Assembly (NCBI GenBank): GCA_014905635.1
Contig: JABVCE010000012.1
Span: forward strand, 558,001 to 622,000
Reading direction: 5' to 3'
Length of the DNA stretch: 64,000 nt
Source of the DNA: Scenedesmus sp. PABB004
Taxonomy: Eukaryota
Positions 50,923 to 61,810 of the stretch are shown here, one piece after another. Within the stretch, counting starts at the first letter, position 1. Each line of letters begins with the position of its first letter. Under the pieces are notes generated by a model. The model was not told where the DNA came from. It was given only the letters and a program-made list of their open reading frames with translations, and ran no database searches. The position numbers were made by a program, and so were the translations under genes.

Positions 50923-52704
50923 TCACTGCACGTCGGTCTTGCAGATCGGGCAGACCTTGTGGGCCTCGAGCCAGGGCAGCACGCAGTCCTCGTGGTACGC
51001 GTGCAGGCAGGGGAGGTGCATCAGCCGCTCGCCCTCCGCGTACGCCTGCTGGCACACCACGCAGCTGTCCGAGTCGCCGGGGCGGCGGCCGGACACGAAC
51101 GTCGAGCGCGGCAGCGCCGCGAGCACGGCGGGGTCGGTCGGGACGTCGACGTTTTGGAGGCCCACCAGGTCTTCGTAGCGCATGCCGCCGCCACCGCCGC
51201 CGCCGCCGGCGCCGCCGCCCAGCACGCCGTCCTGCAGCAGCATGGACAGCAGCGCGCCCAGGCCGTCGGGGCCGGCGCCGGGGCCGCCGCCGCCGAGCGC
51301 CGGCTCGAAGCTGGTCGTGCCAGCGGCGGGGTCGTGGTGCGCGAAGCCGCCGCCGGCGGCTTCGCCCTGGCGGCGCGCCGCCGCGCTGCGCGCGCCGCCG
51401 AGCAGCAGCATGGACAGGAGGTCGTCATCAAAGGGGTCCAGCGGGCCCCCGCCGGGCATGCCGCCCAGCGGGCCGCCGGGCGCGCCGCCGCCCAAGCCGC
51501 CGCCGCCGCCAAAGCCGCCGCCAAAGCCGCCGCCGCCGCTGGTCCAGGTCGCGGTGAAGCCGCCCGGCAGCCGCGTCACGTGGAACCCGCCGCGGCCCGC
51601 GCCTGCGCTGCCACCGCCGCTGGGCCCGGCCGCGCCGGCGCCGCCGTCGCCGCCGAGCACAAGGCGGGCGAGCAGCGCCTGCAGCGGGTCGAGGTCCGCG
51701 CCGCCGCCGCCGCCGGCGCCGCTGGGCTGGTGCTGCGCTGGGCGCGCAGCGTGCTGCTGCGCCGCTGTGGCGCTGCCCCCGCTGCCGGCGCTCGCCGTGG
51801 CGCTCGCCGAGCTGCTGGAGCTGCTGGCGAGGTACCTTCGCAGCGCGCCGACACCCGCGCTGACCAGCGCCTGCATTCCCCCTCCGCCGCCACCCGGCGC
51901 CTGCGCGCCGCCCGCGGCCGTGCCGGCGCCGCCGGGCGCCGCGGGCGCCGCGCCGCCGCTGCCGCCGGCCGCCGCCGGCGCCGCCGCCGCTGGCGCGCTC
52001 GCGCCCGCGCCGGTGCTGGCGCCCGCCTGCGCCGACGCGTGCTGCCCGTCCGCGGCCATCGCCAGCAGCGCCGCCAGCGCCGCGCCGAGCGCGCTGCCGA
52101 GGCCGCCGCCCGCCGCCGCCGCGGCCTGCGACGACGGCCGCGCGGCACCGGGGCCGGCGCTGGTGCTGCCGCCGCCGCCGCCGCCGCCAGCGGCGGCCGT
52201 CGCTGCCTGCATCGACGGCGTGCGCGTGACCCGCTGCCAGTCGTCGTCGGTCTCGCTGCCCAGCGCCGCGGCCGCGGCCGCCTCCTCCTCCGCCTGCAGC
52301 CGCAGCGCGAGCGCGTGGTCCTCGTCCTCAGTGCTCGGCGCTGCCGGGCGCGTGGCGGGCGCGGGGATGGCGGGGTAGCGCGGCGCCGGCGCCTGCTGCT
52401 GCTGCGGCGCCTGCTGCTGCTGCTGCTGCGCCTGCTGCGGCGCCTGCTGCGCCTGCGTGTGCGCCGGCGCTCGCGGCCGCGCCGCGCCGTGCTGCTGCTC
52501 CCAGCGCCGGCGCTGCGCCGCCAGGGCCTCGGCGCGCTGCGCGTCGAAGCTGCTCGGCGGCGCGCCGCCCGCTGCCCCGGCCGGCAGCGGCGGCGCGCTC
52601 GGCGTCGTCTGCGGCTCGCTGTCGCCATCGCCCGCCTGCCAGCGCGCGTCCGCCAGCGAGGCTGCCAGCGCCTCCTGCAGCTCCGGGTCGTCCCGGGAGT
52701 CCAT
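50923..52704 (-). CDS. RING-H2 E3 ubiquitin ligase with N-terminal UIM and MIU-like motif (BIG BROTHER-like C-terminus), intronless
   Basis: DDPELQEALAASLAD (UIM), EDEDHALALRLQAEEE (MIU-like), MRYEDLVGL, and CVVCQQAY..LPCLHAYHEDCVLPWL..KVCPICK (C3H2C3). Confidence 0.9.
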   Translation of the reverse strand: MDSRDDPELQEALAASLADARWQAGDGDSEPQTTPSAPPLPAGAAGGAPPSSFDAQRAEALAAQRRRWEQQHGAARPRAPAHTQAQQAPQQAQQQQQQAPQQQQAPAPRYPAIPAPATRPAAPSTEDEDHALALRLQAEEEAAAAAALGSETDDDWQRVTRTPSMQAATAAAGGGGGGGSTSAGPGAARPSSQAAAAAGGGLGSALGAALAALLAMAADGQHASAQAGASTGAGASAPAAAAPAAAGGSGGAAPAAPGGAGTAAGGAQAPGGGGGGMQALVSAGVGALRRYLASSSSSSASATASAGSGGSATAAQQHAARPAQHQPSGAGGGGGADLDPLQALLARLVLGGDGGAGAAGPSGGGSAGAGRGGFHVTRLPGGFTATWTSGGGGFGGGFGGGGGLGGGAPGGPLGGMPGGGPLDPFDDDLLSMLLLGGARSAAARRQGEAAGGGFAHHDPAAGTTSFEPALGGGGPGAGPDGLGALLSMLLQDGVLGGGAGGGGGGGGMRYEDLVGLQNVDVPTDPAVLAALPRSTFVSGRRPGDSDSCVVCQQAYAEGERLMHLPCLHAYHEDCVLPWLEAHKVCPICKTDVQ

Positions 52705-53047
52705 GCGTGCGGCTGCGCGCGCTGACTGGAGCGGCGGCGAGGTGTCCGCCGGCGCAGCGCGCAAGCGTCTGCGCGCCGTGCGTGCGCACGGGCCTTGAGA
52801 GGAGGCGGGCTGGCCGCGGGAGGCGAGCGGGAGGCGAGCGCGCCGGACCAGGGCGTGGCGGCGGCGGTGGCGCAGACGCCGGTGCGCCCCGCCCCGACGC
52901 CCGCCGCCCACGGCGCCCGGCGGCACGCTCGCCACTTGTCTCGTCTCCAGGTGTTCCCGAACTGCTCGTCCAGCCGCTCCACGCACGCCCGCCGAGCGCG
53001 CAGCAGCAGCGAGTGCTCCCGCCTCGGCAGCAGCGGCCGCTTCCGGC

Positions 53048-54959
53048 ATGCAGGCGCTGGCGCAGCGCGCGCCCGGTCGCGCGTTGCCATGCCGCACGCA
53101 CGGCCGTGCCTGGCCGCGGCGGCGCGGGCTGGGCGCGGCAGCAGCAGCGCGTGGACGGGCGGCCACAGGCGCGCCCGCCCGCTCGCCAGGGCGCCCGGCG
53201 CCGCCATCGCGGGCGCCCAGCAGCAGTAGCAGCAGCAGCGGGCGCGACGAGAGCGGCAGCGCGGCCCCATGCGCGCCGGCGGCGGCGCAGCGCTGGGCGG
53301 CGGCGTCGTCGCTGCTGCTCGGCGGCGCGGGCAGCGGTGGCGCGCTGCTGGGCGTCGCCGCCGCCGCCGGCGCGGGCGCGCTGGGCTCGGGCTTCCAGCT
53401 GGAGGGCCCCGCGAGCGTGGCGCAGGCGCTGGGCGTGCTCGCGGCCATCATCGCCGTGCACGAGGCGGGGCACTTCACCGCCGCGCGGGCGCAGGGCATC
53501 CACGTCACCCAGTTTGCCATCGGCTTCGGCCCGCCGCTGTTCAGCTTCAAGGCGCGCCCCGCGCGCGCGCGCGCCGCTGCCGCCGCCGCTGCCGCAGCAG
53601 CGCTGGCGTCCCGCGCCGCCCGCGACGCCCGGCGCCGCGCCCCGCCGCTGCGCCGCGCAGCGCGGCGAGGTGGAGTACTCGCTGCGCGCCATCCCGCTGG
53701 GCGGCTACGTGGCCTTCCCCGACGACGACCCCCAGAACAGCAGCTACGCGCCCGACGGTGCGCCGCCGGCGGCGGCAGCGGCGGCAGCAGCAGCTGCGCC
53801 GGCGTGAGCGCGCCTCGGCGCGCGGCCCGCGCCGCCGCCGACGCCGCCGCCGCCGCCGCCGCAGACCCGGACCTGCTGCAGAATCGCAGCGTGCCGGAGC
53901 GCGCGCTCGTGATCAGCGCGGGCGTCATCGCCAACGTCGTCTTTGCGCTCGCCGTGCTCTTCGCGCAGGTGCCTGCCGCACGGGCGCGCGCGCGCCGGCG
54001 CGCCGGCTGGCCTCAGCAGGCCGCCAACCCGCAGCCAGCGCGGGCGTGAGCGCCGACGCCGCCCGCCCGCCCGCCGCGCGCGCGCGCAGGTCAACGTCGT
54101 GGGCAAAGCGCAGACGTCGTACCTGCCGGGCGTGCTCGTGCCGGAGGTCACCCCGGGCGGCGTCGCCGCGGCGGCGGGCTTCCAGCCGGGCGACGTCATC
54201 CTGCGCGTCGGCGACTTTGAGGTCCCCGCCAACCCCGGCCAGGTGCGGGCGAGGCCGAGGGCGGGGCGGGCGGCGGGCGGCGGGCGGCGCGCGGGCGGCA
54301 GGGCGGCAGTCGACCGAGGGCGGCGGCGCGGCGGCGCGGCGGCCGGCGCGCCGACGCGGCCCCGCCCCGCCGCCGCGTGCGCGCAGGTGCCGGACGTCGT
54401 CGCGGCGATCAAGGCCCACCCGGGCGAGGCGCTGCCGTTCCGCGTGCAGCGCGGCGAGGGCGTGCTGGACCTCTCGGCCACGCCCGCGGCGGGGCGCGAC
54501 GGGCGCGGCGCGATCGGGGTGTCGCTCTTCTCCCACACGTTCATCAAGCACACGCTGCCGGCCTCGCTGCCCGACGCCGCGGGCATGGCGGGCGCCGAGT
54601 TTGCGCGCCTCGGGAGCACCGTGCTCGGCGGCCTCGCGTCGATCGTGACCAACTTTGGCGCCGCGTCGGCGCAGCTGTCGGGCCCCGTCGCGATCGTCGC
54701 GGCGGGGAGCGAGATCGCGCGCGCCGACGCCGCGGGGCTGTACCAGTTTGCGGCGATCGTCAACATCAACCTCGCGGTCGTCAACACGCTGCCGCTGCCC
54801 GCGCTCGACGGCGGGTACCTGCTGCTGCTCGGCCTGGAGGCCGCGCGCGGGCGCAAGCTGCCGGCGGGGCTCGAGCAGGGCTTCATGGCCAGCGGCCTGC
54901 TGCTCATGCTCGCGCTCGGCGTCGGCCTTGCCGTGCGCGACACCATCAACCTGCTGTGA
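53048..54959 (+). CDS. Plastid RseP/site-2 (M50) zinc metalloprotease with PDZ domain (ARASP-like), multi-exon
   Basis: Transit peptide; IIAVHEAGHF..FAIGFGP; EYSLRAIPLGGYV; AGVIANVVFA; PDZ (PGGVAAAAGFQPGDVILRV); LSGPVAI; NINLAVVNTLPLPALDGG. Confidence 0.95.
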
Positions 54960-55306
54960 GGCGGCGCGCCGCGGCGGCGCGCGCGAGGGAGCGAGCGAGC
55001 GCAGCGCGCCCGGCGCGGCGCGCGCGGTGTACACAAGCGAGCGGCGGCGGTGCGCGAGGAGGGAGAGAGCGTGAGAGTGGTGTCGAGAGGGTAAGCTCGT
55101 GCGCGGCACAGAGCGGGACCGGCGCAGGACGGCGGAGGACGGCGGAGGTACGCGAGCAGGGCGCGGCGGCGGCGCGTGCGCGCGGGATCGACCGCCCTTC
55201 ACCTCCCGCGCGCGACGCCGCGCCCGCCAGTCCTGTCCTCAGCCCAGGCCGTAGGCGCCCCGGCCCGCAGGCAGCAGCGCGCGCAGGGCGCCGCCGCCGC
55301 AGCAGG

Positions 55307-57677
55307 ATGGCAGAGAAGGTGCCTGTGACCGTCGTGACGGGCTTCCTGGGGGCGGGGAAGACGACGCTGGTCAACCACATCCTGAAGGGTGTGCGCGCCG
55401 GGCGGGCAGCAGCGCGACAGCAGCATCTCGTGCCTCCCGCGCCGCCTGCAGCGCCCGGAGCGCCGCGGCAGCGGTCGCACAGCGCGTGCGGACGTCTGAT
55501 CGTGGCCACGGCGCAGCCGCACCGGCGAGGCGGCCCCACGCCGCGGCGCGCCGATTGTCGCCGCTGCTGCTGCGCGCCGCCGCCGCCGCCGCAGGCAACC
55601 ACGGCAAGCGCATCGCCGTGATCGAGAATGAGTTCGGTGCGGGGGTCGCGCCGGGACCGCCTGCGGGAGGGGGGGGCACCGCGCAGCGCGTGGCGGCGCG
55701 ACGTGCGGCGCGGCGCGGCGGGGGCGGCGCCTGCCCACCGCAACCGCCGCGCGCCGCGCCGCGCCGCCTCGGCAGGCGAGGTGGGCATCGACGACGCGCT
55801 GGTGGTGGAGACCAAGGAGGAGATCTACGAGATGAACAACGGCTGCGTCTGCTGCACGGGCGAGCGGCGGCAGCGCCGCCGCCGCCCTTCGCCCCGGCCC
55901 CTCCCCACACGCGCCCGCCCGCCCACGCCTGCCCGCCCCGACCCACCCGCCCGCCCGGCCCCTCCCTCGCCATCGCCACCACGCGCCCGCCCGCCCGCCC
56001 GGGCCGCCGCCGCCGCAGTGCGCGGCGACCTCATCCGCATTCTGGCCAAGCTCCTCCGCCGCAAGGCCAAGTTTGACGCCATCATGATCGAAACCACTGG
56101 CCTCGCAAACCCAGCGCCCGTCATTCAGGCGAGTGCCACCCCGGGCGCGCCCCCACGCGCGCAGCCGCGGCGCGCGCGTCGCCCGCCGCCCGCCGCGCTC
56201 GCGCTCCTGCACTGCACGCCGCGCGCCGTGCGTCGCGGCCGCCGGCGGCCCATCGGTCGTCCCCTGCGCCCTCCCTCCTGCACGCCCTCGCCCGCAATCG
56301 CCAGACGTTCTTCGTTGACGACGACCTCAAGGACGCGCTGGCGCTGGACGCGGTGCTCACGCTCGTGGACGCGAAGCACGTCACGCAGCACCTCGACGAC
56401 GTCAAGCCAGACGGCGTGGTCAACGAGGCGGGTGCGCGGCGGGCGCGCGCCCGCGGGCGCACGCATTGCTGTGTGCCATCACTCGGCCCCTGGCCGCGCG
56501 CGCGCGCGGCGGCCGGGCGCGCGGCGGCGGCGGCGCCAGCGCGCGGCGGCGGCGGGCGGTCGCCCGCGCCGACGCGCCGCCCCCGCCGCGCGGTTGCGCC
56601 TCCGCAGTGCAGCAGGTCGCGTTTGCGGACAAGCTGCTGCTGAACAAGGTGGACCTGGTCAGCCCAGAAGACAAGGCCGCCGTCGTGCGGCGCCTGCGGG
56701 TGGGTGCGCGACGCCGCGCCATGCCAGGGGCGCGGCCCGCGCCGCGCAGCGCGCCCCGCGCTGCGGCGGCCGTGGCCGCTGACGTTGACCGCCCCCGGCG
56801 GCCGCCCACGGCGCGCCTTCTCGCGCCGTCGGCGCAGGGCATCAACCGCAGCGCGGAGGTCATCGAGTGCAGCCACGCCGCGGTCGACCTCGCACGTGTG
56901 CTGGGCATTCAGAGCTTCAGCATGGACCGCATGCTGGAGATGGACCCAGACTTCCTGGTGTGTGCCCGCGGCGCGGCGCGCTGCAGGGCCTGGGCCTGGC
57001 CCCACAGGGCGGCGCCCTCCGGCGGGAAGGAGAGAAAGGCCGCCGACCGCGGCGCCGCGGGCCGCCGCAGGAGGACGACGAGCCGCACCACCACGGCCAC
57101 GGCCACGGCCACGACCATGGCCACGACTACAACCACGCAGACGGCCACGACCACGGCCACGACCACGGGCACGGCGGCCACGGCCACGGGCACGGCGACG
57201 GGCACGGTGAGCACCACCACGGGCACCACCTGGACCACAAGCACGACGACCGCGTGACGAGCGTGGGCATCGTCGCGGAGGGCAGCGTCGACATGGCCAA
57301 GCTCAACGCCTGGCTCAGCGGCCTGCTGCAGGAGCGCGGCGCCGACATCTTCAGGCGCGCGCGCGGGACCCCGCCGCCCGCCGCCTGTCCCCGCCGCCCG
57401 CCGCCGCGACGCGCCGGCCGCCGACGCGCGCTCGCCGCGCCCGTCGCCGGCGCGCAGGTCCAAGGGCGTGCTGTCGATTGAGGGGTCGCCGCACAAGCAC
57501 GTCTTCCAGGGCGTGCACATGCTGCTGCAGTTCAGCAGCAGCGCCGAGGGCGCCGGCCGGCCGTGGCGGGAGGGCGAGCCGCGCTACTGCAAGCTGGTGT
57601 TCATCGGCAAAAACCTCGACCGCGCGGAGCTCAACGCCGCGTTCGACGCGTGCCGCGTGCCGGCGGCGGCGGCGTGA
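55307..57677 (+). CDS. COG0523/CobW-family G3E GTPase metallochaperone with His-rich linker, multi-exon
   Basis: VPVTVVTGFLGAGKTT; IAVIENEFG|EVGID; NNGCVCCT|VRGDL; IETTGLANPAP; QQVAFADKLLLNKVDLV; HG-rich stretch; CobW_C (DIFR|SKGVL..FQGVH..KLVFIGKNLD). Confidence 0.96.
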
Positions 57678-57776
57678 CGCCTCGTGGAAGCGGGCGCGGC
57701 GCGCGGGGAGGGCGGCGGGCACGCAGCGGCGGCTGCGGGCGCAGCGGCGCGTTGCAACTCCCCTCGTGCGCAGCGG

Positions 57777-58773
57777 TCAGTCGTCATCCGCGGCCGGCTG
57801 CGCCCGGATCCATGCGATCATGGCCTCGTGCCCAATGCTCTGCGCCATGAATTCACAGTTGCAGCGACGCCACGGGCAGCCGTTGGCGCGCAGCCAGCGC
57901 AGCGCCTCCAGCTGCCCGTTCACAGCGGCCCGCCTGCACACCTCCTTGGCCCACGGCGCGGGCTCGGCCTGGGCGCGCGCCCAGCGCAGCATCTCCAGGT
58001 CGCCGCGCTCTGCAGCACTGTACCACACAAAGTCGCCCCACGGCAGCGGCGGCGTCTGCTCGCGCGCCCAGCGCAGCACCGCCAGCTGCCCGACCCAGGC
58101 TGCTGCCTCACACACGCTCCGAAGGTCAAGCCCCTCGCCGCGCGCCCACTCCAGCACGGCGAGCTGGCCGGCCTGCGCTGATTTCCAGCACATGTCCGCC
58201 ACAAAGCAGCCAGCGCTGTGCAGCCAGGCCAGCCCCGCCACGTCGCCGCACGCTGCACGCGCCCCTGCCAGCTGCCGCTGCTGCCAACTGCCACCCTGCA
58301 CCGCCCGCCAGGCCCCTGCACCGCCGCGAGCGGCAGCTCGGGGCAGCGCAGCGAGACGACCCTGGTGCCGCGGAAGCGCTCGCGCGCCGCCTTGCACACC
58401 AGCTTGGCGGCACACGCCTGCAGGGCCGGCGGCCAGAGGCTCAGGACGTGGAGCACGAGCGGCTCGGGCAGCTCTGGCAGCGGGCTGCGGGCGGCGCGGC
58501 CGGCGCGGGCGGGTGCGCAGGTGCGGGGGTGCGGCAGCGGGCGGCGCGTGCTGGACCTGGTTGTGGCTCGCTGCTCAGCGCCCGCCTGGCCAGCAGCGGC
58601 AGCCGGGGGCACCCCCCAGCTGCAGCAGCCGAGCGCGCCCACCTCCCCGCCTCCTCGCCAGCGCCCGCCTTGCGCTGCGCTGCCGCTGGCGCCGCCGCGC
58701 TCGCTGCTGCTGCGGCAGCCTGCGCGCGTGTGGCCGGCCCGGCGCGCCGCTTGCCGTCTGGCGCAGCAGACAT
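57777..58773 (-). pseudogene. F-box/ankyrin copy F with a 1-nt deletion frameshift (~58314)
   Basis: ATG 58773, intron 58642-58485; ...GTGCAGGGGCCTGG versus consensus GTGCAGGAGGCGTGG shifts the frame after PELPLAAVQ; the ankyrin repeats continue in another frame to TGA 57777. Could be a sequencing error. Confidence 0.6.
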
Positions 58774-59502
58774 GGCGCCACCTGACAGCCTGCGGGCCAG
58801 CAGGGAGCAGCGGGCGGGGCACCGGCAGCAGCGGGCGAGCGCGCGGGCGGCGTGAGCGCAGCAGCAGCAGCGCGCGGCGCGCCCGGGCCCGCTCCCGGCG
58901 TGGCGACGTGGCGGCGGGCCTGCCAGCGGCGCCCGGGGCGCACAGGCCCGGCGGCCCACGACACACGCCCGCCCGCCGCGCAGCGCCGCTGCCCCCGCCG
59001 CCTGCGGCGGGCGGCACGCATCGCGGCCCGCCCGCCGCTGCCCTCCCCGCCTGCCCACGCGCCCAGCTCGCCTGGCGCTGACCTGGGCGGCACGGCCTAG
59101 ACACCAGGCGCCCCCAGGTCTGCGCCCCGCCTGGCCAGGGGCGCGCCGCGGGCGGGGGCGGGCGCGGGGCGGCCGCGGCGCGGTGCGCGCGGGCGCTCGT
59201 GTGCGTCGCGGCCGGCGCTTGTGCGTGTGCGTGTGGCGGGGGGCTGAGGGCGGTGGCTGTGGGCGTCGGCGGGGCGGCGCGCGCGGGAGGCTCCTCGGCG
59301 GCGGTCGCGGGCAGCCGGCCGGGCGGCGCCTGCGCCCTGGGCCCTGCACCGCCGCCCGCGTGCCGCGCGGCTGCCGGGCGGGCGCGGCGCGGCGACGTGG
59401 CACCGCCGCCAGAGACCGGCGACGGCGCGGGAGCACGACCCCCCGCCCAGGCGCGCGGTCGGCCGGTTGCCAGCACGCGCGCGCGCCCGCTCGCCGCCCA
59501 CT
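57777..59502 (-). repeat. F-box/ankyrin cassette copy F, including the upstream segment also found at 20408-20580
   Basis: Aligns with the other copies; 59330-59502 aligns with 20408-20580. Confidence 0.88.
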
Positions 59503-60119
59503 CGAGCGCGCCGTCACCTCGGGCCCGCTGTCGTGCGACCCCCCCCCCCCCCCCCACACCCACACCCACACCACTGCTGCGATGATGCTGCGATGATGGC
59601 CGCGAGCCGGGGCGCCACGCCCGGGCGGGCGGAGTGATGACGCCAGGCTCGGCCGTGCGCGCACTCAAGACACACAGGTGAATGGGTGAGTGATGGTGAC
59701 GAGGCGGTGGGGCGGGGAGCTCGCCCGCGGACGCATGCATGAGCCGGCCCGCCAGCCGCCCGGCCGACCAATTGGTCAGGGGCGGCTGGCGAGTCGGCGG
59801 AGCGTCATGTGATCGTGGAGGGTGCAGCGCCACGCGACCGTGCGGGTGATCGTGTCATGCCCATCCCATGCTCCCTGCCCCACAGGGGGCGCGCTCCAGC
59901 AAGCACCGTCCCGCCCCCTCCCTCGGCTTGACCCCCATCTCCCCCTGACGCCCCCGAGGGCCCCGAGGCCGGCAGCGGCTGCGCCGCGCGCACGTGCGCC
60001 GCACGCACCAACAGCTTGTGAGTGCCACGTGCGCGCCCGGCGCTTATGTCGCCCCCCCCCTCCGGGCTCAAATCAACATCCCTGGCCAGCCCCCGGCGCG
60101 GGCCCCCGCACCGGCGGCG

Positions 60120-61408
60120 CTAGCCCTGCGCCGCCCCCCGCGCGCCGGCGGCGCACACGACCTGCGCGGGCGCGCCGTAGTGCGCCCGCGACCCGGCCGG
60201 CAGGCGCGCGCCGAGCGGGATGACGGCGACGGCGCCGCCGTCGCGGCCGGTGAAGGCGAGCGGGTCGACCGACACGGCCGAGAGCTGCGCGACCGCCGCG
60301 TTGGACAGATCGAGGCAGAGCCGCGTCTGCAGCGCCGCCGGGGGGCGCGCGGCGGCCGCGGCCTGCGTGACCGCGTACGCGGCGACGCCGGCGTAGCGAG
60401 ACAGCGACTCGCCCGCGCCGGTGTGGTCGTCGATCGGCCACTGCGCCGCACGGCGGCAGCGTTTGATGAGAGCCGGCGCGGGCGCGGGCGCGGGCGCGGC
60501 GGAGCGCGCGACGGAGCGCGCGCGGCACGCGCGGCCGCGCGGCGCACCTGCACGTTGTTGAGGCAGCGCGCGCCGGGCGCGAGCCAGTCGAGCGCGGCGA
60601 GGCCCTTGGCGATGAGCGGGCGCGGCACGGGCACGTCGCTGAGCGCCGCCGTGAAGATGGTGCGCCCGCTCGCGTGCTCCACGACCGTCACGCGCGTCAC
60701 GCCGCCCTCCACGGTCCACTCAAAGCGCGCCATCTCCTGCGCGGCGGCGGGCGGCGGGGTCGCTCAGCGCGCTCCGGGCGGGCGGGCGGTCGTGCCAGCA
60801 GGCTCCCACCCACCCTGGGCGCCGCGGCCGGGGCCCCGAGGCAGCCAGCCAGCCGCGCCACGCGCCTTGGGGATGCCCCACACGTTGCGCCCCGCGCGCA
60901 TGCTGAACTGGCTGTCGACCCAGATGCGCGCGACGCTCTGCGCCGCGTCGGCGCAGTCCGGCTTGTACGCGCCCGGGCTCCACAGCAGCTCGCTGTACGC
61001 GCCGATGTTGGAGTTGGAGTAGCGGATGATCGACAGCATGCCCGGCCCGCCCACAAACGGCAGGGGCGGCAGGCCCGCGTACGCCGGCGGCGGCGCCGGC
61101 GCGGCCGGCTGCGGCGCGGTCATGAACAGCCACGCCTCGGCCTCGAACGTCCACGGGAACGCGCTGTACCCCGGCGCGGTCGCGTAGGTGTCCACCGCCG
61201 TCGTGGCGGCGGCCATGCCGGTCTCCGCGGGGCCGGGCGGCGCGGCGGCGGTGGCCTTGGGGTCGGGCCACTGCGGGGCGTCGTCGACGGTTGGCTTGGG
61301 CGCCGCCGCCGCCCACGGGTGCCACGGCAGCCCCAGCTTGGCTGCCGCTGGCGCCGGGGCGGCCAGGAGGGCTAGGAGAGCCGCCGCGAGGGCGAGCTGG
61401 CGCCCCAT
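60120..61408 (-). CDS. Acetoacetate decarboxylase-like (ADC-fold) protein with signal peptide, 3 exons
   Basis: MGRQLALAAALLALLAAPAPAAA signal; FPWTFEAE; IIRYSNSNIGAYSELL; VARIWVDSQFSMRAGRNVWGIPK|EMARF, with the GxPK Schiff-base lysine motif of the ADC superfamily. Confidence 0.75.
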
Positions 61409-61810
61409 CGGGCCAGGCCGGGCGGCGGCGGCGCCAGCGGCGGGCGCGGCGCTGCGGCGGGCTGTGAGCGCAGGGCCTGGCTGCGGCGACGTGGGCTAAG
61501 GAAAGATAGTTTGTGAATGAACGCCGCGGCCGGCAGGCTCAGGGGATGCTCGGCGCGCGCGCGCTGTCATTCGCAGAGCCGCGGTCGCCGAAACTCGCTC
61601 GACGGCCGCCCAGCACCTCCCCGGGCTCACACGCAGCTCGCCACAGCAACGCGCGATCACGGCCGCACGCGCAGCAACGGGCGCGCGCATCGGCGGCGGC
61701 AGCAGCGGCGGCAGCGGCGGCAGCGGCGGCGCACCCGCGGCCGTGTGACCGGCGCGCCGGTCCTCAGCTCCATGCGGCCGTTCTGACAGGAGGCGGACCA
61801 ACACACCGCC

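Noticed and set aside
50923..57677. Zinc-related cluster (RING, M50 protease, COG0523) as a chaperone-client module
   Set aside because: The protease has a plastid transit peptide while the COG0523 protein starts directly at the GTPase domain; adjacency in a compact eukaryotic genome is weak evidence.
59577..60070. Lower-GC intergenic stretch with GACCAATTGGTC palindrome (59766-59777) and a short GCTGCGATGAT duplication
   Set aside because: No ORF, RNA fold or repeat partner could be supported; probably 3'UTR or promoter sequence.
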